Source of the DNA: a bacterium
GTDB taxonomy: Bacteria > UBA8248
Assembly: GCA_965221165.1 (NCBI GenBank)
Contig: CBDCRP010000003.1
Span: 576,001 to 640,000, forward strand
Direction: 5' to 3'
Length of the DNA: 64,000 bases
Position 1 is the stretch's first letter. Every line of letters starts with the position of its first letter. Of the stretch, positions 9,409 to 18,549 are shown piece after piece. The notes below the pieces were generated by a model that worked only from the letters and a program-made list of their open reading frames with translations, was not told where the DNA came from and did not search any database. The position numbers and the translations under genes are program-made.

Positions 9409-10119
9409 TCATTGTGGTTTTTCTCCCGAAAAGGCGAGAAGGCAACCGGCCACAAAAACCAGCACGACGATTATCGCCCATCGCCGCCGCCCCCGAGGAC
9501 GCGAAACGCTCCGGCGCGGGAGATCCTGAGCAGACACGGGCTTCGGAGGCGCATCCGGTTCGGGAGCAGGAGCCGGTTTGGGAGCGGGCCGCGCCCAATC
9601 CCCGCTTTTGAGCATCTCGATGAGCGCGTGGGCTTCATGCTTGGTGAGGTCGGAAACGCGGCGCTTGCCTTCCCCCCTCCATGCGCCCAACAGGATCGAG
9701 TGGTGCTGTTCCAACTGCTCGCCCTCGCCGGAGATGAAGCGGGTGAAAAGGGTCTCGGCAATCTTCACCAACCCCTCGTCGGAGAAGTGGTACCCCCCCT
9801 CCCGGAATAAATCCCCGATGTAGGATTTCTGTTTTTCTGTAAGCCTGTCGGCGTTCTCGGCCGCTTCGGGGCGGTTCTCCGATTCGGCGGTGCTGAGCGC
9901 CTTGCGGAGCGTGGTGATCATCCCGTGGCAAAGATCGCAGAGGCCCGTGAGATGGTCGGGCATGATTTCCACATCGGAACTGTAACGCCTTTGCCAGTGG
10001 TGGGCCGCCGTCGCCCGGAAGTGTCCACATGCCTGGCATACGCCGTTCGATCGAGCCAGCGCCGCCTCTCGCGCCTTCTGGAATCCTGGGCCATAGGTTT
10101 CGTCTGTCATTTTCCTCAT
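9409..10119 (-). CDS. HNH-like nuclease domain protein with Pro-rich linker and C-terminal membrane anchor
   Basis: CQACG...HH...LCDLCH at the N-terminus; PAPKPAPAPEPDAPPKP; terminal hydrophobic WAIIVVLVFVAGCLLAF; ATGA overlap with upstream gene. Confidence 0.65.
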   Translation of the reverse strand: MRKMTDETYGPGFQKAREAALARSNGVCQACGHFRATAAHHWQRRYSSDVEIMPDHLTGLCDLCHGMITTLRKALSTAESENRPEAAENADRLTEKQKSYIGDLFREGGYHFSDEGLVKIAETLFTRFISGEGEQLEQHHSILLGAWRGEGKRRVSDLTKHEAHALIEMLKSGDWARPAPKPAPAPEPDAPPKPVSAQDLPRRSVSRPRGRRRWAIIVVLVFVAGCLLAFSGEKPQ

Positions 10120-10553
10120 TCTCCGGGAAGCGATGAAATCTGCCGCCGCTCGATTTCCTCAATTTTTCGCATGAGTTTTTCGTTCGTGCGCTCGCGGGGA
10201 ACGATAAAGCGCTCGTTCGTCCCCCGGGCGACGACCTCCACCTCGTCTTGAATCTCCACCTCGAAGGCGCAGCGCCTGCCCTCGCGTTCGACCAATCGCG
10301 CCCGCGCCTCAACCCGCATTCCCTTGGGCGTTCCAGCCATGTAGGTGAGAGATACTTTCGTCCCCACGCTCGTCTGATCGGCCCCAAGATGTTTTTCGAG
10401 AGCATCCATGGAGGCCTTTTCCATAAACCGCACCAACTCGGGCGTCGCCGCCCCCTCGGCGTTCGTACCCCTTAGGTGCAGGGGCACGTGCTCATCCGCC
10501 ACGACGACGGAATACGTCCCCGCAATTCCCGGCTGAATCGTATCGTCATTCAT
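10116..10553 (-). CDS. Hot-dog thioesterase (FlK fluoroacetyl-CoA thioesterase-like)
   Basis: ATPELVRFMEKAS, TSVGTKV, ARGTNERFIV pattern. Confidence 0.8.
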   Translation of the reverse strand: MNDDTIQPGIAGTYSVVVADEHVPLHLRGTNAEGAATPELVRFMEKASMDALEKHLGADQTSVGTKVSLTYMAGTPKGMRVEARARLVEREGRRCAFEVEIQDEVEVVARGTNERFIVPRERTNEKLMRKIEEIERRQISSLPGE

Positions 10554-10583
10554 GTGGGTTCACCAGATGCTCCGACGCGGCGG

Positions 10584-11567
10584 CTAGCCGCCCATCGTAA
10601 GCACGATTTTTCCAAAGACCTTTCCCGTCATGAGCACGTCGTGGGAGCGTGCGGCCTCTGCGAGCGGCATCGTCTCCCCCACCGAGGCGCGCACCCTGCC
10701 ATCGGCCAGCAACAGGTCGAGTTGACGCACCATTTCAGGAAAAACGGGGTCCGAATTGAACAGGCTCATCCCCCGTACGTCGATGTCTTTCGAGTAAAAC
10801 GGCGGGTAGTTCACCGAACCCACCGGGTTTTTGCCCGTTCCGGCGCCGAGCACGACGATGCAGCCGCATTTCTTCACCGCCCGGCAGTCCGCGTCGAAAT
10901 TCTCCACAACCACCATCTCGATCACCGAATCCACCCCGACGCCGCCGGTCTCGGCGAGGCAGCGTTCGGCGAAATCCTCCTCGCGGTAGTTGATCACCAC
11001 GTCGGCGTCGAACCCACGGCAAAACTCCGCTTTTTCTTCCGAACTCACCGTCGTGATGACGCGCGCCCCGGCCGCTTTTGCGATTTGAATCCCGATGCAG
11101 CCCACGCCGCCCGCGCCCGCGTGGATGAGCACCGTCTCGCCCGCCTTGATGCCCGCCTTGTAAATCAGCGCGTAATAGGCCGTGTACAAGACCACCGGCA
11201 AGGACGCGCCCTCCTCATAGGAGAGATTATCGGGGAGTTTCGCCGTGCGAAACGGGTTCAAGAGCGCCTTTTCGGCATACGCGCCGCTTGTGGCCGCGCC
11301 GAAAACCCTGTCGCCGGGGGAGAAGGCGCTCACGCCGTCTCCAACGGCTATCACATCGCCCGCCGCATCGATGCCGGGCGTCCAGGGCAAGGCCAGGCTC
11401 TTCGAGAGCGGATGCGCGCCCGAGCGAAAGGTCATGTCCACGGGGTTCACGCCCGCCGCCTTCACATCGACCAGGATCTGTCCCGCCGAGGGTGCCGGGT
11501 CCGCCTCCTCCTCCAATACCATCACCTCGGGGTCTCCGAATTCATGCACGTGTATGGCCTTCATCAT
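10584..11567 (-). CDS. NADPH:quinone oxidoreductase (MDR superfamily)
   Basis: AAGVNPVD, PGIDAAG, HAGAGGVG, GKIVL. Confidence 0.92.
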   Translation of the reverse strand: MMKAIHVHEFGDPEVMVLEEEADPAPSAGQILVDVKAAGVNPVDMTFRSGAHPLSKSLALPWTPGIDAAGDVIAVGDGVSAFSPGDRVFGAATSGAYAEKALLNPFRTAKLPDNLSYEEGASLPVVLYTAYYALIYKAGIKAGETVLIHAGAGGVGCIGIQIAKAAGARVITTVSSEEKAEFCRGFDADVVINYREEDFAERCLAETGGVGVDSVIEMVVVENFDADCRAVKKCGCIVVLGAGTGKNPVGSVNYPPFYSKDIDVRGMSLFNSDPVFPEMVRQLDLLLADGRVRASVGETMPLAEAARSHDVLMTGKVFGKIVLTMGG

Positions 11568-11712
11568 CTTCTCCCATCGAATTGAGACATCATGGAGTTT
11601 GAATTTCTCTCAACAGTGGAGCAATGGATTCCGTCTGATTTCCTATTCCTTATCACACATCGTAAGAAAATGCTCTCGCGGCCGGGACCGCCCGCGTGGG
11701 AGGGCGGAGGCC

Positions 11713-11740
11713 TTGACACGGAGTTTTCAGCGGAGATAAT
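11713..11740 (+). promoter_or_regulatory. Sigma70 promoter for the TAXI-TRAP operon
   Basis: TTGACA(11713)-N16-GATAAT(11735) in a divergent intergenic region. Confidence 0.6.
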
Positions 11741-11921
11741 GAGGCATACTCATCAGCGTAAAGAAAGACGCGCGCCCCGCCGTGCGAATGAGGGGCGGAG
11801 AATACCGGAAGGCAGAGGACTTGAGTTCACGGGGAACTCTGAAACCACCTAGGCGTTCATCTGGTGATGAGGCGTCATCATCAAAATTCGTGCATGTTTT
11901 CAACATGAAAAGGAGCCCGTA

Positions 11922-12914
11922 ATGAAGAAATTCGCATTCTTGGCAACAGTGGCGGCAGCCGTGGCGTTCACGTTCTGCACGGCGGACGCCGCCGAGCGTT
12001 ATCGTTTCGGCGGAGGCCCCTCCGGAGGCGGGTGGCATCCTTCCATCAGCGCGGGAACCCAGCTTCTCAACAGGAAGCTCGGACGAAAATTCTACTTCCA
12101 GTATTCCCCCTCGGCCGGTTCGGTGGCCAACGTCCGCCGCGTGAGCCTGGGTGAGTTCGCCACATCGTGGGGACACGTGGGCCAGGTCTATCAGTCCTGG
12201 ACGGGCACGGGCCTGTTCAAGAAAGACGGCGCCAACAAGAACTTCCGCATCGTCGCCAACGTCCGCGCGCAGTCGCAGATCATCGCCGTGCTGGCGGACA
12301 GCACCATCAAGTCCTACATGGACATGGCGGGCAAGCGGGTGAACCTGCTCAAGCAGGGAACGGGCAGCCACGTGAACTGCAAGAACATATTCACCTCCGT
12401 CGGGCTTATCGACAAGATCAAGCCGCGCTACCTGGGCTTCGCCGCCTCGGGCCGCGCCCTGGGCGACCGCCAGGTCGACGTGTTTTGCTCCGCCGGCGCT
12501 CCCTTCACCATCCCGGCGCTCACCCGGCTCTCCATCCAGAAGCCGGTGCGCTACATCGGCCTGAGCGAGGCCGAACAGAAGACGGTGACGGGCGATAACA
12601 AGTTCTACGTGCCGATCACCATTCCCGTTCAAAAGGAAGTCCGGGGAATGAACGCTCCAGCGCGCTCCATCGCCTATGACGTCTGGTGGATCGCGCACAA
12701 GCAGATGTCCAACGACGCCATTTACAACATGCTCAAGGTCATTGCCGATCCCAATAACCTCAAGCAGTTGACCAAGACGGCGCGCTACTGGCGCGACCTG
12801 AGCGGCAACTTCAACGCGCTGAAGGTTCACAAGATCTTCGTGCACCCCGCAGCCGCGCGTTACTGGAAAGAACGCGGCGTGAAGGTGCCCGCCGAGGTCG
12901 TGAAAGGCTTCTGA
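11922..12914 (+). CDS. TAXI family TRAP transporter solute-binding subunit
   Basis: Signal peptide; GGGPSGG, SAGSVANV, GKRVN, HPAAARYWKE; AAAGGAG RBS. Confidence 0.9.
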   Translation: MKKFAFLATVAAAVAFTFCTADAAERYRFGGGPSGGGWHPSISAGTQLLNRKLGRKFYFQYSPSAGSVANVRRVSLGEFATSWGHVGQVYQSWTGTGLFKKDGANKNFRIVANVRAQSQIIAVLADSTIKSYMDMAGKRVNLLKQGTGSHVNCKNIFTSVGLIDKIKPRYLGFAASGRALGDRQVDVFCSAGAPFTIPALTRLSIQKPVRYIGLSEAEQKTVTGDNKFYVPITIPVQKEVRGMNAPARSIAYDVWWIAHKQMSNDAIYNMLKVIADPNNLKQLTKTARYWRDLSGNFNALKVHKIFVHPAAARYWKERGVKVPAEVVKGF

Positions 12915-12947
12915 TTCTCGCAACGACAACCCCGGCGAGAAATCGCA

Positions 12948-12991
12948 CCCGGGGAGGAGGAGATACCGAGAAACTTCTCCTTCTCCCCGGG
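12948..12991 (+). repeat. Intergenic stem-loop between TAXI and permease genes
   Basis: CCCGGGGAGGAGGAG (12948-12962) pairs with CTCCTTCTCCCCGGG (12977-12991), 14/15 plus one G-U. Confidence 0.6.
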
Positions 12992-13056
12992 ATTCTTTCG
13001 CCTAGCGCTTTTTCTCGCAATTGACGGCCCAATCGCCCAGGCCAGATAAGGACGCC

Positions 13057-15525
13057 ATGTTTCGAAATCTCTTGCCCATATTGATGAAGCTCGGCCTCAT
13101 TTCGGACGAGATGGTCGTTCCGCGGGACCTGAAGGGCTTCTCACGGGTTGTCGTTTCGATTATTTCCGTCGCGTTTTCCTACTTCTTCGTTCATATCTCC
13201 TACTTCGGTCCCCCGCGTTCGGAAATCTTCAAGGGCGTCTACATTCTGGCGACCGCCACCCTGTGCATCCTCGTTTATAAAAGCAGGCAAAGGCCCGTCC
13301 GCGAAGGCTTCGCCTATCTCGATGAAATCTTCTCGTTCCTGGCGCTCGTCACCATGTGCGCCTCACTGGCCCTGTGGGCCTACTGGGGCGCTTTCTACCG
13401 CGACGGGCTGTGGAGCGAATTCCTGGGCGTCGAAACCTACCTGATCCCCCTGTTCGGCGGGTTCCTCGGCGCGTTCCTCTACCGGCATGAAGCCACCAGG
13501 GAGCGCATTTCGGAGCTTCCCGCGCTTTCGGACTGGCTGTTCATCGTATCTGCCGTCGCCCCCATCATCTGGTGGAACATCTACAACATCGAACTCACCA
13601 CGCGCATCGGCGGCCCCGTGCCCACCTCGGTGGTGATATACACGCTGCTGCTCACGGCGGTGAGTTTCGACATCGCAAGGCGCGTCATCGGCCCCGTCAT
13701 CCCGCTTATCGGCTTCTTCTTCCTGATCTACAGCTTCAAGCCCATCGCGCAGATGTCGCCGGGACTCCTGTTTCACGACGGCTTCGGGCTCGACCGCGTG
13801 ACCGAGTTCCTGATGCTTGAGGCCGACGGCATCACCGGCCTCATCGTGGAGGTGTTCGCCACCTACATCGTCATCTTCGTCGTTCTGGGCGCATTCCTGG
13901 AAAAAACGGGTCTGGGCGAATTCCTCATCGACGCCACCTACCGGGTGACGGGCCAGAAAACGGGCGGCCCCGGCCTCACGGCCGTCATGTCGAGCGGGCT
14001 GTTCGGCATGATCTCGGGCAGCGGAGTGGCCAACGTGGTGACGACGGGAACCTTCACCATCCCCCTCATGAAGCGGGTGGGCTATCGCTCGGAGTTCGCC
14101 GGAGCGGTCGAGGCGGCCGCCTCCACGGGAGGGGCCTACATGCCGCCCATCATGGCGGGCGGGGCCTTTCTCGTCGCGCAACTCACCGAAACCTCTTATT
14201 TCGAGATCGTCAAGATAGCGACGCTCCCGGCCATTCTCTACTATCTCTCGGTGGGCTACATGGTCTACATCCGCGCCGTGCGGCGGGGACTCCACGGCGT
14301 CGACCCCTCGGAGTTGCCCCCCTGGAGCAGAATCATCCCGCGTCTCCACTTCCTGCTGCCCATCCCCGTGATGGTGTACTACCTCGTCATCGGCGATTCC
14401 GCGTTCCTGGCGGCCTTCAAGACCATCTGCCTCATCGTGATGCTGAAAATCTGCGAACTGCTCTCGGACCTCAAGACACCGACGGCGGAAAAAACGGGCC
14501 GTCCGTTCCTGTTGATTTCCATCGCCTTCGGCGTCTTCTCCTATTTCTTCGGCCTTACAGTCGGCGCTCCTTTCGCCTGGTTCGCGGACACGCTGCGCGG
14601 CATGAACTGGGGAGACGCCCTGTTCTGGACGGTAGCGGCGTTCATCGTCTTGAAGCTCGGCGAAATCCTCATGGCCGCGACGCAGGGCGAATCCGCGGAT
14701 CCCGAGTATGAAACGGGCCCAATCCTCTTCACTCGGCTCGGCCAACTCGCCATTCAAATCATCAAGGTCACCTGGATTTCCCTGGAAGCGGGCGCGAGGA
14801 ACACACTCGTCATCGGCTGCATCGCGTGCGTGCTGGGCATCCTGCTCTCCTGCGCGACGCAAAGCGACCTGTCGGGCCGCATCTCCATATTGTTGACGGA
14901 ATTCAGCTTCGGCCTCCTGCCGCTCACCATCATCTGGGTGATCGTGGCGGGCTACATCGTCGGCATGGGCCTGCCCATCACGGCGAGCTACGTGGTGCTG
15001 GTCATCTTCGGCGTCATCGCGCTCACCAACCTGGGCGTGCCGACCGTTCACGCGCACCTCATCTGCTTCTGGGTGGCCGTCGTAAGCGCCGTGACCCCCC
15101 CGGTCGCCCTGGCCGCCTACGCGGCGAGCGCCATCGCCGTGTCGGACCCGGTGAAAACGGGTTTCCAGGCGCTGAAACTCGCCTCGTGGCTCTTCATCAT
15201 GCCGTTTCTGTTCGTCTACACCCCGCTTCTCTTGAGCGGCACGACGACGGAGGTGGCCATCACCTTCGGGGCGTGCGTCATCGGCATCGTCGGCTGGGCC
15301 GGATGGATGGAAAACTTCATGACGCGGGACGCGAACGGCCTGGAGCGCGCGTTGATGTTCATCGGCTCGGTATGCCTGCTTCTGCCCGTGGGAAATTTCG
15401 TGGTATTCATTACCCCGCTGGAAGGAGATTTGAGGTATCTCGCCTACGCCGCAGGCGTCATCGCCCTCGTGGCGGTGTTCGTCTTGCAACGCACGCGCGG
15501 CGGCGAAGATCCAGTGCCCGCCTGA
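13057..15525 (+). CDS. TRAP transporter 4TM/12TM fused permease
   Basis: GMISGSGVANVVTTGTFTIPLMKRVGY, EAAASTGG..MPPIM, GMGLPITASY, VTPPVALAAY. Confidence 0.93.
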   Translation: MFRNLLPILMKLGLISDEMVVPRDLKGFSRVVVSIISVAFSYFFVHISYFGPPRSEIFKGVYILATATLCILVYKSRQRPVREGFAYLDEIFSFLALVTMCASLALWAYWGAFYRDGLWSEFLGVETYLIPLFGGFLGAFLYRHEATRERISELPALSDWLFIVSAVAPIIWWNIYNIELTTRIGGPVPTSVVIYTLLLTAVSFDIARRVIGPVIPLIGFFFLIYSFKPIAQMSPGLLFHDGFGLDRVTEFLMLEADGITGLIVEVFATYIVIFVVLGAFLEKTGLGEFLIDATYRVTGQKTGGPGLTAVMSSGLFGMISGSGVANVVTTGTFTIPLMKRVGYRSEFAGAVEAAASTGGAYMPPIMAGGAFLVAQLTETSYFEIVKIATLPAILYYLSVGYMVYIRAVRRGLHGVDPSELPPWSRIIPRLHFLLPIPVMVYYLVIGDSAFLAAFKTICLIVMLKICELLSDLKTPTAEKTGRPFLLISIAFGVFSYFFGLTVGAPFAWFADTLRGMNWGDALFWTVAAFIVLKLGEILMAATQGESADPEYETGPILFTRLGQLAIQIIKVTWISLEAGARNTLVIGCIACVLGILLSCATQSDLSGRISILLTEFSFGLLPLTIIWVIVAGYIVGMGLPITASYVVLVIFGVIALTNLGVPTVHAHLICFWVAVVSAVTPPVALAAYAASAIAVSDPVKTGFQALKLASWLFIMPFLFVYTPLLLSGTTTEVAITFGACVIGIVGWAGWMENFMTRDANGLERALMFIGSVCLLLPVGNFVVFITPLEGDLRYLAYAAGVIALVAVFVLQRTRGGEDPVPA

Positions 15526-15553
15526 TTCATATTCATCCCGAGAAGGAGGCACC

Positions 15554-16345
15554 ATGAGCGCTACTCCTCCTGCCTTGAAACGCATCCAGCACGTGGGCCT
15601 CAAGGTCCACGACCTGGACGAGACGGTGGCCTTCTACCGCGACGTCATGGGTCTCAGGGTTTCGGATCGCTACGAACCGGGCGACAACCCCCACAGTCCC
15701 TGGGGGATATGCTTCATGCGCTGCGGCGAGGGCCACCACGAGGTCTCCCTCATCGCCTACCCCAAAGAAGCGGGCCTCACGCCCAAGGAAGGCGACATGA
15801 GAGCGCCCGAGGTCGGCCTCCACCACGTGGCCTTCGAGGTGGACTCCCGCGAGGAACTCGAAGCCTGGGCCGCGCACGTCCGCTCGAAGGGAATCAAGAT
15901 TGCGGCGGGGCCGATCGTCCACAGCCCCACGCATCCGGAGGGCGACGGCACCCTGGGCGAGAACCGCGCCTTTTATTTTCACGACCCGTGCGGAAACGGG
16001 GTCGAGATTTTCTGCGACATGGCCAGGATGGACCCAGACTCCAACCGGGTGAACGAGGCCTGGTACCGCGACAGGCTCGAGCGCGACGGTTTCTCGCGCG
16101 ACGGTTCGGACCCGCCCCCCGCGTGGCGGCCCGGCGTTTCGAGCATGGCGGGCGCGAAAGAGAAATTTAAGAGCCCTTCCGCATGTCGCACCCATGATGC
16201 AGGAGGGAAGCATCAAAATGACACACCGCGTCTTGAGCGTCAGGACGATGATTGTTACCGCCTCCGTGCTGGTGCTGACAGTTCTCTCCTCTTCTGGAGC
16301 GTTAGACAATTACGCCAAAGACCGAGTCAAGGGAACGACAGATGA
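15554..16345 (+). CDS. VOC family protein (single-domain extradiol dioxygenase/glyoxalase-like); C-terminus probably extended by the downstream insertion
   Basis: HVGL, HHEVSL, GLHHVAF, FYFHDPCGNGVE; AAGGAGG RBS; last 128 nt overlap the next gene. Confidence 0.8.
   Translation: MSATPPALKRIQHVGLKVHDLDETVAFYRDVMGLRVSDRYEPGDNPHSPWGICFMRCGEGHHEVSLIAYPKEAGLTPKEGDMRAPEVGLHHVAFEVDSREELEAWAAHVRSKGIKIAAGPIVHSPTHPEGDGTLGENRAFYFHDPCGNGVEIFCDMARMDPDSNRVNEAWYRDRLERDGFSRDGSDPPPAWRPGVSSMAGAKEKFKSPSACRTHDAGGKHQNDTPRLERQDDDCYRLRAGADSSLLFWSVRQLRQRPSQGNDR
16202..16240 (+). repeat. Direct repeat copy 1 (RBS + ATG + first codons)
   Basis: ATCAAAATGACACACCGCGTCTTGAGCGT (16212-16240) is identical to 17564-17592; 37/39 identity when extended to GGAGG. 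Confidence 0.95.
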
Positions 16346-17501
16346 ATCCATTAAGATCTTTGCCCTATCGAAAAGTATCAATGCCGGGATTTCCGTATTG
16401 CAAAGCTCCCAAGTCAAGATACCTTTTTTTGCGTCAATCCAAGTTGGCGAGGCGCTTGACCCGATAAATGATGCCGTCGAGCGACTCTCATCCGCGATGG
16501 TTTGGGCAACGGGAGCACTGTTTCTCCAGCAAATTGTTCTCGAAGTTGCTTCGAGTTCCGTTTTCAAATGGGGGTTTTTTGTGATCGGCCTTGTGGCGAT
16601 ATCAGCCCTGTTGCTCGCTGCTCGGGAACGCTTCCGCAATCGGTTTTGCGAAGTATTCAAAGTTTCCGAAGCCACTTTAGTTCACTATCGCGACTCGCTC
16701 GTTCGGATATTTATTGTCACCTCCATCTTTCGTTTCATTGTTCCAGCGTTCGTCATCATCAGTCTTCTGCTCAGCCAGATGTTTTTGTTGGACACGGAGA
16801 TCGACAAACTCCAGAAGAATTTATCCGAGGACAAGAAGAATTTGCCGTTGATTACAGAACAAGTCTCGCGCAATGCCAATATAGATTCTGTCGATACTCA
16901 GCACCTTGAGAAAGAAAGACCGCGTTTGGAGTCCTCGTTGGCTAGGCTCAAAAAATCTCTATCATCATACCAGCAAGAAGCTGAAAAACTGGACAAGAGA
17001 ATCGACCAATTCAATGAGAAAGTCGGTTGGGGCCAGTGGGTTCTGGAGCGTGTTCCGGAATTTCTCGGCGGCGCGACTCCCGAAAAAGAACTAGTATCAG
17101 CAAAAGAAAAACGCGAGAAAATCGACCAGAAGATGGAGGGAATTCAGGAGCGAATCCATGCCATGAAGGATGAACTCGAATGCATCAACAAACGCCTCGC
17201 CGGGGAGAGCTGCGATTCTTTGCTAAGCAAATTATCTACTATACCTAGCACTATTTTATCTGATGCAATCAAACCATTTTTCACGGGTATTACGGAATTC
17301 CCCGACAAGGCCAACGAGATGGTTAAAAACATAACAAAACTCTTGGCTGCCATTATTATAAAAAACATTCTGCTCCCGCTCGTTTTCTTGATAATCGCCA
17401 TAAAGTGCAGTCTGCCCATTGCCAGATACTCGGTACGGCTTGCCTCCGGTTTGAGACGGGACTCGAAGGAATTACAGGGTTATCTCGAACGAGGGGACTG
17501 A
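16218..17501 (+). CDS. Hypothetical membrane protein with coiled-coil region (inserted, lower GC)
   Basis: Several TM segments, a long K/E-rich heptad region and ECINKRLAGESC; AT-richer codons than neighbours. Confidence 0.75.
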   Translation: MTHRVLSVRTMIVTASVLVLTVLSSSGALDNYAKDRVKGTTDESIKIFALSKSINAGISVLQSSQVKIPFFASIQVGEALDPINDAVERLSSAMVWATGALFLQQIVLEVASSSVFKWGFFVIGLVAISALLLAARERFRNRFCEVFKVSEATLVHYRDSLVRIFIVTSIFRFIVPAFVIISLLLSQMFLLDTEIDKLQKNLSEDKKNLPLITEQVSRNANIDSVDTQHLEKERPRLESSLARLKKSLSSYQQEAEKLDKRIDQFNEKVGWGQWVLERVPEFLGGATPEKELVSAKEKREKIDQKMEGIQERIHAMKDELECINKRLAGESCDSLLSKLSTIPSTILSDAIKPFFTGITEFPDKANEMVKNITKLLAAIIIKNILLPLVFLIIAIKCSLPIARYSVRLASGLRRDSKELQGYLERGD

Positions 17502-17553
17502 GAAGGTTCGCAACGTAATTTTGGAAGCATATCGTGCGGTAGCATCATCTTAT

Positions 17554-17592
17554 GGAGGAAAGTATCAAAATGACACACCGCGTCTTGAGCGT
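17554..17592 (+). repeat. Direct repeat copy 2
   Basis: Matches 16202-16240; includes RBS and start codon of the dehydrogenase. Confidence 0.95.
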
Positions 17593-18526
17593 GGATGAGC
17601 GAACCCTTACGCAACCCGTGCGCAGGGCCTTCATGGAGGAATACCTGCATGAGGGGTATGAGTTCGTAGAGCCGGAATCCTTCGATGAGGCTACCCTGCG
17701 TGAAGCGGCCGCGAGCGCCTGCGCGCTGTTCACCGGCTTTGCGCCCATCACGAGAGAGCTGATGGAGGCGGGGCCGGACATCAAGGTGGTCGGCAAGGTG
17801 GGCACGGGCGTCGACAACATCGACGTGGCCGTTGCCACCGAGCTCGGCATCCCCGTCGCCAACGCGCCCGGCTGGATGCGCTGCGCCCCCGTGGCGGAAC
17901 ACGCCATGGCGCTCACCCTCATCATGGCGCGAAGGCCCTGGCTCTGGCCGACCGGAGAGCGCAGGCTCCACGTTCAGCTTCAAGGAGCGACGCTGGGGGT
18001 CGTGGGTCTCGGCAACATCGGGCAAGCGCTCGCCGGGCGCGCCGCAGGCTTCGAGATGAAAATATGCGCCTACACGCGCACGCGGGGAAAATTCAAGCCG
18101 GTGGGCTTCGAGGTGGAAGAGGTGGAGACGCTGGGTGATCTCTTGCCGCGCGCCGACTTCGTGGCGCTCACCCTGCCCTTGACGCCCGAGAACACGGGCA
18201 TGATCGGCGAGCGAGAACTCGAACTCATGAAGGAAACGGCGTTTCTCATCAACGTATCGCGCGGCCCCCACGTGGAAACCGACGCGCTCACCGAAGCCAT
18301 CCGCCGAGGGGAAATCGCGGGCGCCGGCCTCGACGTTACCGAGCCGGACCCTCTGCCGGAGGGACATCCACTCCACGGTTTTCCCAACGTCGTGATATCC
18401 CCGCACAACGCCGCCCAGACCGAGAGCGTCCAGCGTGAGAGCTACCGGCTTTTGTGCGATAATATCAAACGGGCGGTGGAGGGCGAGAAAGTCACCTCGC
18501 TCGCCAATCCCGAACTGTATGCGTGA
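17570..18526 (+). CDS. D-isomer-specific 2-hydroxyacid dehydrogenase
   Basis: GTGVDNID, VAEHA, GLGNIG, INVSRG, GAGLDV, SPHNA. Confidence 0.9.
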   Translation: MTHRVLSVDERTLTQPVRRAFMEEYLHEGYEFVEPESFDEATLREAAASACALFTGFAPITRELMEAGPDIKVVGKVGTGVDNIDVAVATELGIPVANAPGWMRCAPVAEHAMALTLIMARRPWLWPTGERRLHVQLQGATLGVVGLGNIGQALAGRAAGFEMKICAYTRTRGKFKPVGFEVEEVETLGDLLPRADFVALTLPLTPENTGMIGERELELMKETAFLINVSRGPHVETDALTEAIRRGEIAGAGLDVTEPDPLPEGHPLHGFPNVVISPHNAAQTESVQRESYRLLCDNIKRAVEGEKVTSLANPELYA

Positions 18527-18549
18527 AACGCGCCGCAAAGGAGACCATC

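Noticed and set aside
11780-11900. Possible glycine or other known riboswitch
   Set aside because: Conserved cores such as GGAGA..CCGAAG..CTCTCAGG are not all present; kept only as an unclassified leader
13363-15603. 746-aa minus-strand ORF
   Set aside because: Antisense shadow of the TRAP permease
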